Below are positions 55,557 to 64,000 of a DNA stretch of 64,000 nt, piece after piece. The DNA is from Candidatus Omnitrophota bacterium (GTDB lineage Bacteria; Omnitrophota; Gorgyraeia; Gygaellales; Profunditerraquicolaceae). The stretch lies in NCBI GenBank assembly GCA_041650795.1, contig JBAZKK010000001.1, positions 10,608 to 74,607 on the forward strand, given 5' to 3'. The stretch's first letter is position 1. Each line of letters opens with the position of its first letter. The notes beneath the pieces are model-generated. The model did no database searches, was not told the origin of the DNA, and saw only the letters and a program-made list of their open reading frames with translations. The position numbers and the translations under genes were made by a program.

Positions 55557-55937
55557 ATGGCAAGAGCCGAGAAGGTGGCGCATAACCTGAAGAAAGAGAT
55601 AAGCAGCATATTACACGATGAGCTCAATGATCCGCGTTTAGGGTTTATCACCATCACGCGCGTAGATTTGACGCCGGACCTGCGTTACGCCAGGATTTTT
55701 TACAGCGTCCTGGGGGGAGACGAGGAATACGTCCGTACCAGAGAGGCCCTGGATTCCGCTCTGGGGTTTATCCGCAGGATGATCGGGCAGCGCATCAGGT
55801 TGAGGTTTACGCCCGAGCTTGTCTTTAAGGAAGACCGCTCCAGCGAGTACAGCATTAAGATCGAAGAAGTGCTTAACGAGATAAGGGGGTTAGATGAGCC
55901 TAAAAAAAATAATCGCCGCCATAAAAAAACAAAATAA
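55557..55937 (+). CDS. rbfA: ribosome-binding factor A
   Basis: 126 aa. Core motifs LNDPRLGFITITRVDLTPDLRYARIFYS. Confidence 0.9.
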   Translation: MARAEKVAHNLKKEISSILHDELNDPRLGFITITRVDLTPDLRYARIFYSVLGGDEEYVRTREALDSALGFIRRMIGQRIRLRFTPELVFKEDRSSEYSIKIEEVLNEIRGLDEPKKNNRRHKKTK

Positions 55938-56862
55938 TTTTCTGGTTACTGCCCACACCAACCTGGAAGGCGATGCTATCGGCTCTGAGATGGCCTTTTA
56001 CATGCTTTTGAAATATCTCGGCAAGAACGCTATCGTCACCAACAGCGACCGCGTACCGGCGGCCTACCGTTTTTTGCCGCTCCTAGAAAATATCCGGAAG
56101 TTTCGCAAAGGGCGCTTCGTACCATTTGACTGCCTGGTGCTTCTGGATTGCTCGGACCTGCACCGGGCAGGCGGGGTAGGGAGGCTCAATCTTGAGGGCA
56201 AGTCGGTTATCAATATCGACCACCATACGAGCAACGGGTATTTCGGAGACGTCAATTGGGTATTGCCCCATATTTCATCGGCATCCGAGATGGTCTATAT
56301 CTTATACCGCAAATTAGGAGTTCCCTTCAACCGCGATATTGCGACCCTGCTTTATGCCGGCATGGTCAGCGATACCGGTTCCTTTCGTTATTCCAACACC
56401 ACTTCTTCCACGCATAAGGCCGCGGCAGAACTTATAGACTACGGCCTGGACGTAAGGAACATCTACCGCCGCATATACGAGGATATAAATTTTAATGATA
56501 TGCGCCTTTTAAATAAAATAGCTCTTTCTATAAAACGGGATACCTCCGGTAAAATTGTCTGGTGCCTTATACCCATGGCCTTGGTAAAGAAAAATTCATC
56601 GCTGGATTTAAGCGAGCAGGTCTTAGGGTTCTGCCGTGCCGTCAAGGGCGCGGAGGTGGCAGTATTATTCAAGGAGAATCTCGGTACCGCCAAGGAGGTT
56701 CGCGTAAACCTGCGTTCGCAGGGCAAGGTCGATGTCAATGCTATCGCTGCCTTTTTTGGCGGGGGAGGACATAAGACCGCCAGCGGATGCACCATGAAGG
56801 GGCGCACCGAGTCCATAATGAAGAAGGTCCTGGCAAAGGTCAGGCAGGCCCTGGTGAGATGA
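55894..56862 (+). CDS. nrnA: DHH-family phosphoesterase (NrnA-like oligoribonuclease/pAp phosphatase)
   Basis: DGD, DCSD, IDHH and GGGHKTASG (DHHA1) motifs. 322 aa. Confidence 0.85.
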   Translation: MSLKKIIAAIKKQNNFLVTAHTNLEGDAIGSEMAFYMLLKYLGKNAIVTNSDRVPAAYRFLPLLENIRKFRKGRFVPFDCLVLLDCSDLHRAGGVGRLNLEGKSVINIDHHTSNGYFGDVNWVLPHISSASEMVYILYRKLGVPFNRDIATLLYAGMVSDTGSFRYSNTTSSTHKAAAELIDYGLDVRNIYRRIYEDINFNDMRLLNKIALSIKRDTSGKIVWCLIPMALVKKNSSLDLSEQVLGFCRAVKGAEVAVLFKENLGTAKEVRVNLRSQGKVDVNAIAAFFGGGGHKTASGCTMKGRTESIMKKVLAKVRQALVR

Positions 56863-57803
56863 AGGTTATTTACGGTATCAGCAATATCAAGCATTACCGC
56901 AGGCCGGTAGTAGCCCTGGGTGTTTTTGACGGGATGCACCGCGGACATCGCCGCATACTTAAAGAGGCGGCAGCCAAGGCCAGGCGCATAAAGGGCAGGA
57001 GCGTGGTCCTGACGTTCTGGCCGCACCCCCAGAAGGAGGCCAGCCTCTATTCGTTGAAGCACCGTTTAAAACTGATTCAAGAACTCGGCATCGATATCTG
57101 TATCGTGGTGCATTTTGACGCCTCCTTCTCGCGCATCAGCCCGGAGGTCTTTGTAAGAGAGGTGTTGGAGAAGAAGCTCGGCGCAGCCTATGTATATGTA
57201 GGTAGGAATTTCAGGTTCGGACGCAGAGGACTGGGCAATCCGCACCTCCTTGAAAGATTAAGCCGGGAATCCCGCTTTGCTTTAAGGTTGTTCGATATCA
57301 TGCGCGTTAACGGCGCGCCTATCAGCAGCAGCCGCATCCGTCGTCTTATCGTAAACGGCAGTCTCGTATCCGCCGAGCGGCTCTTGTTGAAGCCTGTGAC
57401 GGTATTGGGAACAGTGGTAAGGGGCGACTCATTTGCCTCCACAAAACTGGGGTTTCCCACCGCTAATATTAATCCGCATCACGAGATCCTTCCTCCGGCG
57501 GGCATATACGCCGTGCGCGTTATTATCGGCAGAGAAGTTTTTCAGGGCGCATGTTATATCGGAGCAAGGCCGACTATCGGCAAAAAGGTGCAAAAAGGCA
57601 GAGACAGAAACATTGAGGTGCATATCATTGATTTTAACAGGAATATCTATGGCCGCGAAATAGAGGTGCAGTTTTTAAGAAAGCTTAGAAACGAGAAAAA
57701 ATTTTCCACCCCGCGGGATTTAGCGCGGCAGATTAAAATCGACATCCTGCAGGCAAGGTCTGTTTTCCCTTCCACCAAAACTACCACAACATCTAGAAAT
57801 TAA
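56859..57803 (+). CDS. ribF: bifunctional riboflavin kinase / FAD synthetase
   Basis: GVFDGMHRGH motif and a C-terminal riboflavin kinase domain (PTANI...GIYAV). ATG 56859 forms an ATGA overlap with the nrnA stop, so I reject the ORF-track start 56787. Confidence 0.9.
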   Translation: MKVIYGISNIKHYRRPVVALGVFDGMHRGHRRILKEAAAKARRIKGRSVVLTFWPHPQKEASLYSLKHRLKLIQELGIDICIVVHFDASFSRISPEVFVREVLEKKLGAAYVYVGRNFRFGRRGLGNPHLLERLSRESRFALRLFDIMRVNGAPISSSRIRRLIVNGSLVSAERLLLKPVTVLGTVVRGDSFASTKLGFPTANINPHHEILPPAGIYAVRVIIGREVFQGACYIGARPTIGKKVQKGRDRNIEVHIIDFNRNIYGREIEVQFLRKLRNEKKFSTPRDLARQIKIDILQARSVFPSTKTTTTSRN

Positions 57804-57856
57804 GCCTTCTTTATACACTATCCATTGTATTTGAGCAAGTTAGGAAAAATTTTATC

Positions 57857-57885
57857 TTGACAAAATCTTTGATTTTATCTATACT
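57857..57885 (+). promoter_or_regulatory. dcw cluster promoter (Pmra-like) TTGACA-17-TATACT
   Basis: TTGACA at 57857-57862, a 17-nt spacer, TATACT at 57880-57885. Confidence 0.65.
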
Positions 57886-57893
57886 TGATTACA

Positions 57894-57920
57894 AAGTGGA
57901 TAGAAGTGGAGTAAAGTGGA
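57894..57920 (+). promoter_or_regulatory. putative MraZ operator: three AAGTGGA direct repeats with 10-nt period
   Basis: AAGTGGA at 57894-57900, 57904-57910 and 57914-57920. They lie between the -10 element and the mraZ start. Confidence 0.6.
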
Positions 57921-57932
57921 AAGGATAGTTTC

Positions 57933-58370
57933 ATGTTTTACGGCGAATATATTCACTCCATAGACCGTAAAGGCCGCCTTATATTGCCATCCAAATTCAG
58001 GGAAGTCAGCAAAGCCCATTTTATAGAGAAATTCTTTGTAACCCGCGGTTTGGATAACTGTCTCTTTATGTTTTCCGAAGAGGAGTGGCACGCTCAAGAA
58101 AATAAATTCAAGGCCATGTCTTTTACGAAGCAGCAGTCTCGCACATTTAACCGTCTTTATTTCTCGGGGGCTGTGGAGATAACAGCGGACAGGCAAGGAA
58201 GGATACTCCTGCCGCAATACCTTAAGGATTATGCCGGGATTAAACGCGAGTTGGTGCTGGTCGGCGTATCAAATAGGATTGAGATCTGGGCCAGGGAGAG
58301 CTGGGATAAATTTTACGGCAGCTGTCGGCAGTCTTTCGAGGAGATCGCCGAGAAGCTCATGGATATATAA
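57933..58370 (+). CDS. mraZ: transcriptional regulator MraZ
   Basis: Duplicated DxxxR-containing SpoVT/AbrB-like halves (SIDRKGRLILPSKF and TADRQGRILLPQYL). Confidence 0.93.
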   Translation: MFYGEYIHSIDRKGRLILPSKFREVSKAHFIEKFFVTRGLDNCLFMFSEEEWHAQENKFKAMSFTKQQSRTFNRLYFSGAVEITADRQGRILLPQYLKDYAGIKRELVLVGVSNRIEIWARESWDKFYGSCRQSFEEIAEKLMDI

Positions 58371-58374
58371 CAAT

Positions 58375-59295
58375 ATGTTGGGAGTTCTGGCGCAAGACAC
58401 CATGCTTAATAAATATCATATGCCGGTAATGCTAGGGGGGGTTATGCGTTATCTGGAGCCCCGGCCCGGAAAGGTTATCGTTGATGCTACTGTAGGCACG
58501 GCGGGCCACAGCCTCGAGATTGTCGGACAGATTGCCCCATCCGGGAGATTAATCGCCATTGACCGTGACCGGCAGTCTCTTTCTGTCGCCAGCGAGAGGC
58601 TTTCTTCGTCCGGGGTAAATTGCGAATTCGTACACGCCAATTTCATGGAGCTGGATTCCGTATTGTCGGGCTTGAACGTCTCCAGGATTGACGGCATACT
58701 TTTCGACCTGGGGATCTCTTCCTACCAGCTTGAGGATGCCCAGAGGGGCTTTAGTTTTCAGAGCCGAGGGCCGCTCGATATGCGCCTCGATACCGACAGC
58801 TACATCTCTGCCTATGACCTGGTGAACAACCTTAACGAAGAGGAGATATCCGCGATGCTTTGGAATTTCGGGCAGGAGCGCTGGCATAACCGCATTGCGC
58901 ACCTCCTGGTGAAAGAAAGGCAGAGGCGTCCTATCAGCACCACCGCGGAGTTATCCGATATCGTATTGCGGGCCATACCGCACCGTTACCGCTCTTACCG
59001 TATACATCCGGCTACGCGTACCTTTCAGGCCGTGCGTATTGCCGTTAACCGCGAGCTGGAGGCTTTGGGCGCGGCAATAGAGAAGGCGATTGCTTTATTG
59101 GACAAAGGCGGCAGGATATGCGTTATTTCATTTCACTCACTGGAGGACCGCATTGTGAAGCTGAGTTTCCGCAAGGCAGCCCTGGATGGGGCGTTGAAGA
59201 TTATTACCCTCAAACCGCTGTATCCTTCCCGCGAGGAGCTGGAGGACAACCCTTCCAGCCGTAGCGCAAAGCTAAGAGTAGGAGAGAGGTTATAA
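58375..59295 (+). CDS. rsmH: 16S rRNA (cytosine1402-N4)-methyltransferase
   Basis: HMPVMLGGVMRYL and DATVGTAGHS motifs. I prefer ATG 58375 (or 58402); ORF-track start 58231 overlaps mraZ. Confidence 0.9.
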   Translation: MLGVLAQDTMLNKYHMPVMLGGVMRYLEPRPGKVIVDATVGTAGHSLEIVGQIAPSGRLIAIDRDRQSLSVASERLSSSGVNCEFVHANFMELDSVLSGLNVSRIDGILFDLGISSYQLEDAQRGFSFQSRGPLDMRLDTDSYISAYDLVNNLNEEEISAMLWNFGQERWHNRIAHLLVKERQRRPISTTAELSDIVLRAIPHRYRSYRIHPATRTFQAVRIAVNRELEALGAAIEKAIALLDKGGRICVISFHSLEDRIVKLSFRKAALDGALKIITLKPLYPSREELEDNPSSRSAKLRVGERL

Positions 59296-59297
59296 CT

Positions 59298-59663
59298 ATG
59301 AGGCCTTCCAGATTTTTATCCTTTATCCTGATGGCTACCTTTCTGTGCGTTATCTATGTCTATCAGCAAACGGAGATCTTCCGTTTCGGTTACCTCGGGC
59401 AGAAGAGATTGAACGAGTTCCGCGAATTGCAGGACAGGAATGCCACCTTAAGATACAGCATTGAGAAAGGAGCTTCATTGATCCGGGTAGGAGACAAGAT
59501 TTCCAGCAACATGGATTTTCAGATGCCGGACAGTTATCGACTGGTTAAACTCGACTCTAATCAACCAACAGTAAGGGGCGGTATTTTCTACCGGACTGAC
59601 GCCCTCTTCTCCCGTATCTTTGGAGTCAGAAGAGAAGCTCAGGCAAAAACCGTCAACCCCTAA
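59298..59663 (+). CDS. ftsL: FtsL-like cell division protein
   Basis: 121 aa with a single N-terminal TM segment followed by a coiled-coil-like segment. It sits between rsmH and ftsI. Confidence 0.55.
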   Translation: MRPSRFLSFILMATFLCVIYVYQQTEIFRFGYLGQKRLNEFRELQDRNATLRYSIEKGASLIRVGDKISSNMDFQMPDSYRLVKLDSNQPTVRGGIFYRTDALFSRIFGVRREAQAKTVNP

Positions 59664-59675
59664 AAGCCTATAGTT

Positions 59676-61400
59676 GTGTATATCAGTGACTATCGCCGCA
59701 AAGCCAAAGCGGTTTTTTTGTTTTTCCTTCTGTTCCTGGTTCTTTGTATCGCCCGCCTTTTCTATATTCAGTTTTTCCGTTGGAGCTATCTTGCGGAGAT
59801 CGCCCGTAAGCAACACAGCCTGTTGGTGGAATTGGAGCCGCGTCGCGGCACCATCTATGATTCAAATCTGAAGCCGCAGGCGGCCAACATTGCCGCGGAT
59901 TCTGTCTACGCCTGCCCCAATGAGATCAAGGATAAGGATAAAGAGGCGGTTATACGGCAGCTTATGCCGATACTCGGCTTTGATTACGACTATCTCAAGG
60001 ACAGGCTTTATCGCAGGAAGTCTTTCATATGGCTTGCCAGGAAGATTACCCCGGAGCAAAGCGATGCGATTAAAAAATTAAACATCAAGGGGATTGATTT
60101 TATCAAAGAGAGCAGGCGCTCCTATCCTAATGCCTACCTGGCCAGCCACCTGTTGGGTTTTGCCGGGCTAGATAATAACGGCTTGGAGGGGCTGGAGCTT
60201 TATTGCGATAAATACTTGAAAGGCAAGAAGGGGTGGGCCCTTGTGCTCAGGGATGCCAGGCAGAAGAAGCTGGATATCTCCGACAAGACGGTTGTGGCCG
60301 AGGACGGTTATGACCTGGTGCTTACCATTGATGAGGTTATCCAGTATATTGCGGAAAGGGAATTGGATAAGGTCTACCGCGCCTACCATGCCAAAGGCGC
60401 CAGCATTGTGGTGCTTGACCCGCATACCGGAGCGATACTGGCGATGGCCAATCGTCCGACGTTTGACTTGAATAATCCCGCTGTCGCTTCAAAAGACCAG
60501 ATGCGCAACCGTGCTATCTGCGATTTATTTGAGCCTGGTTCGGTATTCAAGATTGTCACTGCTTCCGCTGCTTTAGATGAGAACAAGGTAAAGGAGGAGG
60601 ATAAATTCTTTTGCGAAAACGGCTCGTATAAGGTCGCCACGCACATCCTTCATGACCACCGTCCGCACGGGGAGCTTTCCTTTCGCGAGGTTATTGAGCA
60701 GTCCAGCAATATCGGCGTAGCCAAGGTCGCACAGTTATTGGGGCCAGGGGTTATCTATCGTTACGGCTGCTTATTCGGGTTCGGTCAGAAGAGCGGGGTA
60801 GACCTGCCGGGCGAGATATCCGGCGTCTTCAAAGAGCCCCGTTCGTGGTCCAAGGTTTCTATCGCTACCGTGCCGATGGGGCAGGAGGTCGGCGTTACCG
60901 CCATCCAGTTAGCCGATGCCATATCGGTTATTGCCAACGGCGGACAGCTCATGCGTCCTTACCTCGTAAGCGAGATCCGCGATAATCGCGGATACATCAT
61001 CAAGAAATCCCAGCCCAGGATGGTTGCCAAGGTTATCTCGCTGGATACCTCTGCGCGGATGAAAAAGATATTAATCGGCGTAGTGGAGGGCGGTACCGGA
61101 AAGCTCGCGAGGCTCAAGGATTTTAGCGCCGCAGGCAAGACCGGGACAGCCCAGAAGATAGAGCCTAACGGTACCTATTCTCACACCAAGTTTATGGCCT
61201 CTTTCATCGGGTTTGCGCCTGCGGAGGATCCTTTGGTGGCGATTGCCGTGGTAGTGGATGAACCTAGGCCTGTTTATTACGGAGGGGTGGTAGCGGCTCC
61301 GGCATTTAAAAATGTAGCCGGTGATGTCTTGAAATATCTTAAGGCCAGAGAGCCGCTTAAAGAAACAGCGGCATTCCATGAGACTATTTCGCTTAATTAA
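59676..61400 (+). CDS. ftsI: penicillin-binding protein (peptidoglycan D,D-transpeptidase FtsI/PBP2 class)
   Basis: SxxK (GSVFK), SxN (SSN) and KTG (KTGTA) motifs, plus an N-terminal TM anchor. GTG start. Confidence 0.9.
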   Translation: MYISDYRRKAKAVFLFFLLFLVLCIARLFYIQFFRWSYLAEIARKQHSLLVELEPRRGTIYDSNLKPQAANIAADSVYACPNEIKDKDKEAVIRQLMPILGFDYDYLKDRLYRRKSFIWLARKITPEQSDAIKKLNIKGIDFIKESRRSYPNAYLASHLLGFAGLDNNGLEGLELYCDKYLKGKKGWALVLRDARQKKLDISDKTVVAEDGYDLVLTIDEVIQYIAERELDKVYRAYHAKGASIVVLDPHTGAILAMANRPTFDLNNPAVASKDQMRNRAICDLFEPGSVFKIVTASAALDENKVKEEDKFFCENGSYKVATHILHDHRPHGELSFREVIEQSSNIGVAKVAQLLGPGVIYRYGCLFGFGQKSGVDLPGEISGVFKEPRSWSKVSIATVPMGQEVGVTAIQLADAISVIANGGQLMRPYLVSEIRDNRGYIIKKSQPRMVAKVISLDTSARMKKILIGVVEGGTGKLARLKDFSAAGKTGTAQKIEPNGTYSHTKFMASFIGFAPAEDPLVAIAVVVDEPRPVYYGGVVAAPAFKNVAGDVLKYLKAREPLKETAAFHETISLN

Positions 61401-62850
61401 GACATTAGGGGATTGCCGCATCAGCGGGAGTTTTGAGGATTTCCCGCTGCGGGGGGTAAGCTCTGATTCCAAGGACGTAGGAAAGGATTTTATTTTCGTG
61501 GCAATAAAAGGGGTGCGTCGGGACGGCGGGGCTTTTATAAAAGAAGCCATTGAGAAAGGGGCGAGGGTTATCGTAACGGGAGACAAGGATATCGGGCTGC
61601 GGGATTATCCCGGCGTGACGTTTATTACCGTGGATGATGACCGCTTTTCCCTGGCAAGGCTCGCCGATGCATTCTACGGTCACCCTTCCTCAAAGGTAAA
61701 GGTCATTGGAATAACCGGTACCAACGGTAAGACCACGATACTCTATTTATTGGAGGCGTTATTGAAGCAGGGAGGTTTTAGCAGCGGGGTTATCGGTACC
61801 GTTAATTACCGTTTCAAGGGCAAGGTTATGAATTCCAAAAACACTACCCCCGGCCCGCTCGAATTGCAGTCTCTCCTAGACGGGATGAGAAAAAGCGGAG
61901 TTGATTTTGCGGTAATGGAGGTCTCTTCGCATGCCCTCCAGCAGCATAGGGTGGGAGGGATCGTTTTCCACAGTGCGATATTTACCAATTTAACGCAGGA
62001 TCACCTGGATTATCACGGAACCATGGAGGATTATTTTCTGGCCAAGGCCAGGCTATTTGAAGGGCTCGCTCCTTCTGCCCTGGCAGTCCTCAATAACGAC
62101 GATGAGTATGGTCGCAGGTTAAGGGGGTTGACGGATGCCACGGTAGTCACCTACGGCATAGATAACCCGTCCGATGTAACGGCAGGGGATATCAGGATGG
62201 AGCTGGGCCAGACTAATTTTATTTTTAAATATGCCGCAGGTAAAATACCTATCCGCACTCCGCTTATCGGCAGGCACAATGTTTACAATATCCTGGCCCT
62301 GGCCGCCTGGGGGATAGCGGCAGGGTTTAAACCGGAGCAGCTGAAAGCCGCACTGGAGATGTTTACGGTTGCCCCGGGGAGGTTGGAGAGAATTGAGAAT
62401 AACAGGGGCATAAGCATCTTTGTTGATTATGCCCACACCGAGGATGCCCTCCGCAACGTAATCAGTTCCCTAAGGCAGGTTGCCGCTAAGTCTGCGAGAA
62501 TCCTGGTAGTCTTCGGTTGCGGAGGAGAAAGAGACAAGACGAAAAGGCCGAAGATGGGTAAGGTCGTCTCGGAGCTGGCGGATTACGCCGTTATTACCAG
62601 CGATAACCCCCGCTCGGAGGACCCGGCGTTGATAGTAGAGGATATTAAAAAAGGCATAGCCGGCAATAATTACGAGGTGGTCCTGGAACGGCGCGCGGCC
62701 ATTGCTAGGATTTTATCTCTGGCTGGAGCGGGTGATGTGGTTCTGCTTGCCGGTAAAGGCCATGAGATTTCTCAGATATACTCTGATTCCAGCGTAGATT
62801 TCGACGATAGAGAGGTTGCGAGGCAATGTTTAAGACAGGGGAAATCCTAA
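61378..62850 (+). CDS. murE: UDP-N-acetylmuramoyl-L-alanyl-D-glutamate--2,6-diaminopimelate ligase
   Basis: GITGTNGKTT P-loop and the DNPR motif (DNPRSEDP) associated with meso-DAP-adding MurE. Confidence 0.92.
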   Translation: MRLFRLIKTLGDCRISGSFEDFPLRGVSSDSKDVGKDFIFVAIKGVRRDGGAFIKEAIEKGARVIVTGDKDIGLRDYPGVTFITVDDDRFSLARLADAFYGHPSSKVKVIGITGTNGKTTILYLLEALLKQGGFSSGVIGTVNYRFKGKVMNSKNTTPGPLELQSLLDGMRKSGVDFAVMEVSSHALQQHRVGGIVFHSAIFTNLTQDHLDYHGTMEDYFLAKARLFEGLAPSALAVLNNDDEYGRRLRGLTDATVVTYGIDNPSDVTAGDIRMELGQTNFIFKYAAGKIPIRTPLIGRHNVYNILALAAWGIAAGFKPEQLKAALEMFTVAPGRLERIENNRGISIFVDYAHTEDALRNVISSLRQVAAKSARILVVFGCGGERDKTKRPKMGKVVSELADYAVITSDNPRSEDPALIVEDIKKGIAGNNYEVVLERRAAIARILSLAGAGDVVLLAGKGHEISQIYSDSSVDFDDREVARQCLRQGKS

Positions 62851-64000
62851 AGGCTACGGGGGGTAAATTGCTTGCCGGTTCGCCTGAGTCTGTGCTGGGG
62901 GGCGTATCCCTGGACAGCCGCACTATTAAGAAGGGCGGGATCTTTATTGCCATCAATGGCAGGAATTTTGACGGCCACGATTTTATAGATAAGGCAATAC
63001 AGAAGGGTGCGGCGTGTGTTGTCAGCGAAAGAGGAATGCGGCTGGACAGGATTAAAGGTGCGGCTTTTATTAAAGTCAATAACAGCCAGAAGGCGTTAGG
63101 CGGCATCGCTTCCTACCATCGCATGAGGTTTGACCTGCCTTTTATCGCGGTTACCGGTTCCAACGGCAAGACTACTCTTAAGGATATGGTCGCCTGGGTT
63201 TTATCGGCGCGCTACCAGGTCATAAAGAATGAAGGCACAAAGAACAACCAGATCGGCCTGCCGCTCGCCCTGCTGGGTCTTAACGACAAACATCAGGCAG
63301 CGGTCCTGGAGATAGGCACCAATCATCCAGGCGAGGTCGGCTATCTCGCCGGCATCTACAAGCCCAATATCGGGATTATTACGAATATCGGGCCTTCGCA
63401 CCTTGAGCATTTTGGCAATCTTGAATCCGTATTTAAGGAAAAGTTTAGCCTTATCCGGAATCTCTCCCGTCCGCACCTGGCTATCCTTAACCGCGACGAT
63501 AAGTTCCTGGGGCCTGCTGTGAAGAAAAGCGGCGGGAGGGTGTTTAGAGTAAGTTTCGGTTTTGACAACCGCAGTGATTTTATGGCTTCGGATGTCAAAG
63601 AGTTAGGTAACGGCTTGGGGTTTAGGGTAAACGGGCATCAGGGCATAGTTTTAAATACCTTCTGCAGGCATAATATCTATAATGCCCTTTGCGCAGTCGC
63701 GGTGGCGCGTATCCTGGGTATGGATTATAGGGGGATCGCCTTGAGGCTGAGGTCTTTCGATTTCCCGCGTGGCAGGTTCAAGCCTTTAAGGCGCAATAAG
63801 GTTAATTTTATCGATGATACTTATAATTCCAACCCGTTGTCTCTGAAATCAGCTTTGGATACCTTCGGTAATTTAGCCTGCCACGGAAGGAAAATATTTA
63901 TTATGGGCGATATGCTTGAGTTGGGCGGGAAGGAAAAGGCCTTTCACTGCCAGGCAGGCAGGGATGCTGCCCGCGTATCAGACGTTATGATTTTTACTGG
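62826..64000 (+). CDS. murF: UDP-N-acetylmuramoyl-tripeptide--D-alanyl-D-alanine ligase, 5' part (runs off the window)
   Basis: Not in the ORF track because there is no stop in the window. ATG 62826 gives MFKTGEILKATGGKLL... The frame stays open to nt 64000 and contains VTGSNGKTT at about 63146. Confidence 0.88.
   Translation, partial: MFKTGEILKATGGKLLAGSPESVLGGVSLDSRTIKKGGIFIAINGRNFDGHDFIDKAIQKGAACVVSERGMRLDRIKGAAFIKVNNSQKALGGIASYHRMRFDLPFIAVTGSNGKTTLKDMVAWVLSARYQVIKNEGTKNNQIGLPLALLGLNDKHQAAVLEIGTNHPGEVGYLAGIYKPNIGIITNIGPSHLEHFGNLESVFKEKFSLIRNLSRPHLAILNRDDKFLGPAVKKSGGRVFRVSFGFDNRSDFMASDVKELGNGLGFRVNGHQGIVLNTFCRHNIYNALCAVAVARILGMDYRGIALRLRSFDFPRGRFKPLRRNKVNFIDDTYNSNPLSLKSALDTFGNLACHGRKIFIMGDMLELGGKEKAFHCQAGRDAARVSDVMIFT

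Noticed and set aside
56463-57062. 199-aa - strand ORF spanning the nrnA/ribF junction
   Set aside because: It is antisense to two well-supported + strand genes, and its composition is typical of a shadow frame.

Overview
This is a densely packed bacterial chromosomal window. Nearly all genes are on the + strand, and many starts overlap the preceding stop by 1-40 nt. There is no rRNA gene, so I make no taxonomic call. About 80% is conserved housekeeping. In order: polA (3' part), glgA, coaE, rho, rpmE, prfA, prmC, murA; a trpG-D-C-F-B-A operon with no trpE; an M16 peptidase, a CNNM/DUF21 protein, a small zinc-ribbon protein, rsfS, argS, recJ and rpmB(-). After the accessory segment come rpsO, pnp, ftsK, rodZ-like, rimO, pgsA, pgpA, and thpR and cinA/pncC on the - strand. 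Next is an FMN-riboswitch-led riboflavin cluster (ribBA, ribH, nusB, PHP, ribD, ribE), then tRNA-Pro(CGG), acyP, a metallophosphoesterase, ligA, an MBL hydrolase, xerD-like, cca-family, DUF503, rbfA, nrnA, ribF, and the start of the dcw cluster (mraZ, rsmH, ftsL, ftsI, murE, murF 5' part). The accessory, visibly AT-richer segment lies at about 19.9-34.7 kb. Its core (23860-34709) looks like a complete RiPP-type biosynthesis and export locus. It encodes a promoter-driven 62-aa six-Cys precursor candidate with a WxxPxL leader motif, three paralogous radical SAM/SPASM enzymes (one fused to an HPr-kinase-like P-loop domain), a stand-alone PqqD-like RRE, and an NTP_transf_5-type nucleotidyltransferase. 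It also encodes a signal-peptidase-fold protein whose nucleophile Ser is replaced by Cys, an ABC-2 exporter, and, most unusually, an overlapping pair of peptidase-U32-family genes sized like UbiU/UbiV. A fourth, distinct radical SAM/SPASM gene (19961-20938) sits just upstream of a UvrD-like helicase/PD-(D/E)XK nuclease fusion. Other points of interest are an FMN riboswitch with a triplicated 43-nt hairpin module, a repeat-built intergenic region between ribBA and ribH, a shared palindromic element after tRNA-Pro and xerD, and a textbook MraZ operator. All calls come from reading the sequence and translations by eye; no database search or folding computation was run.
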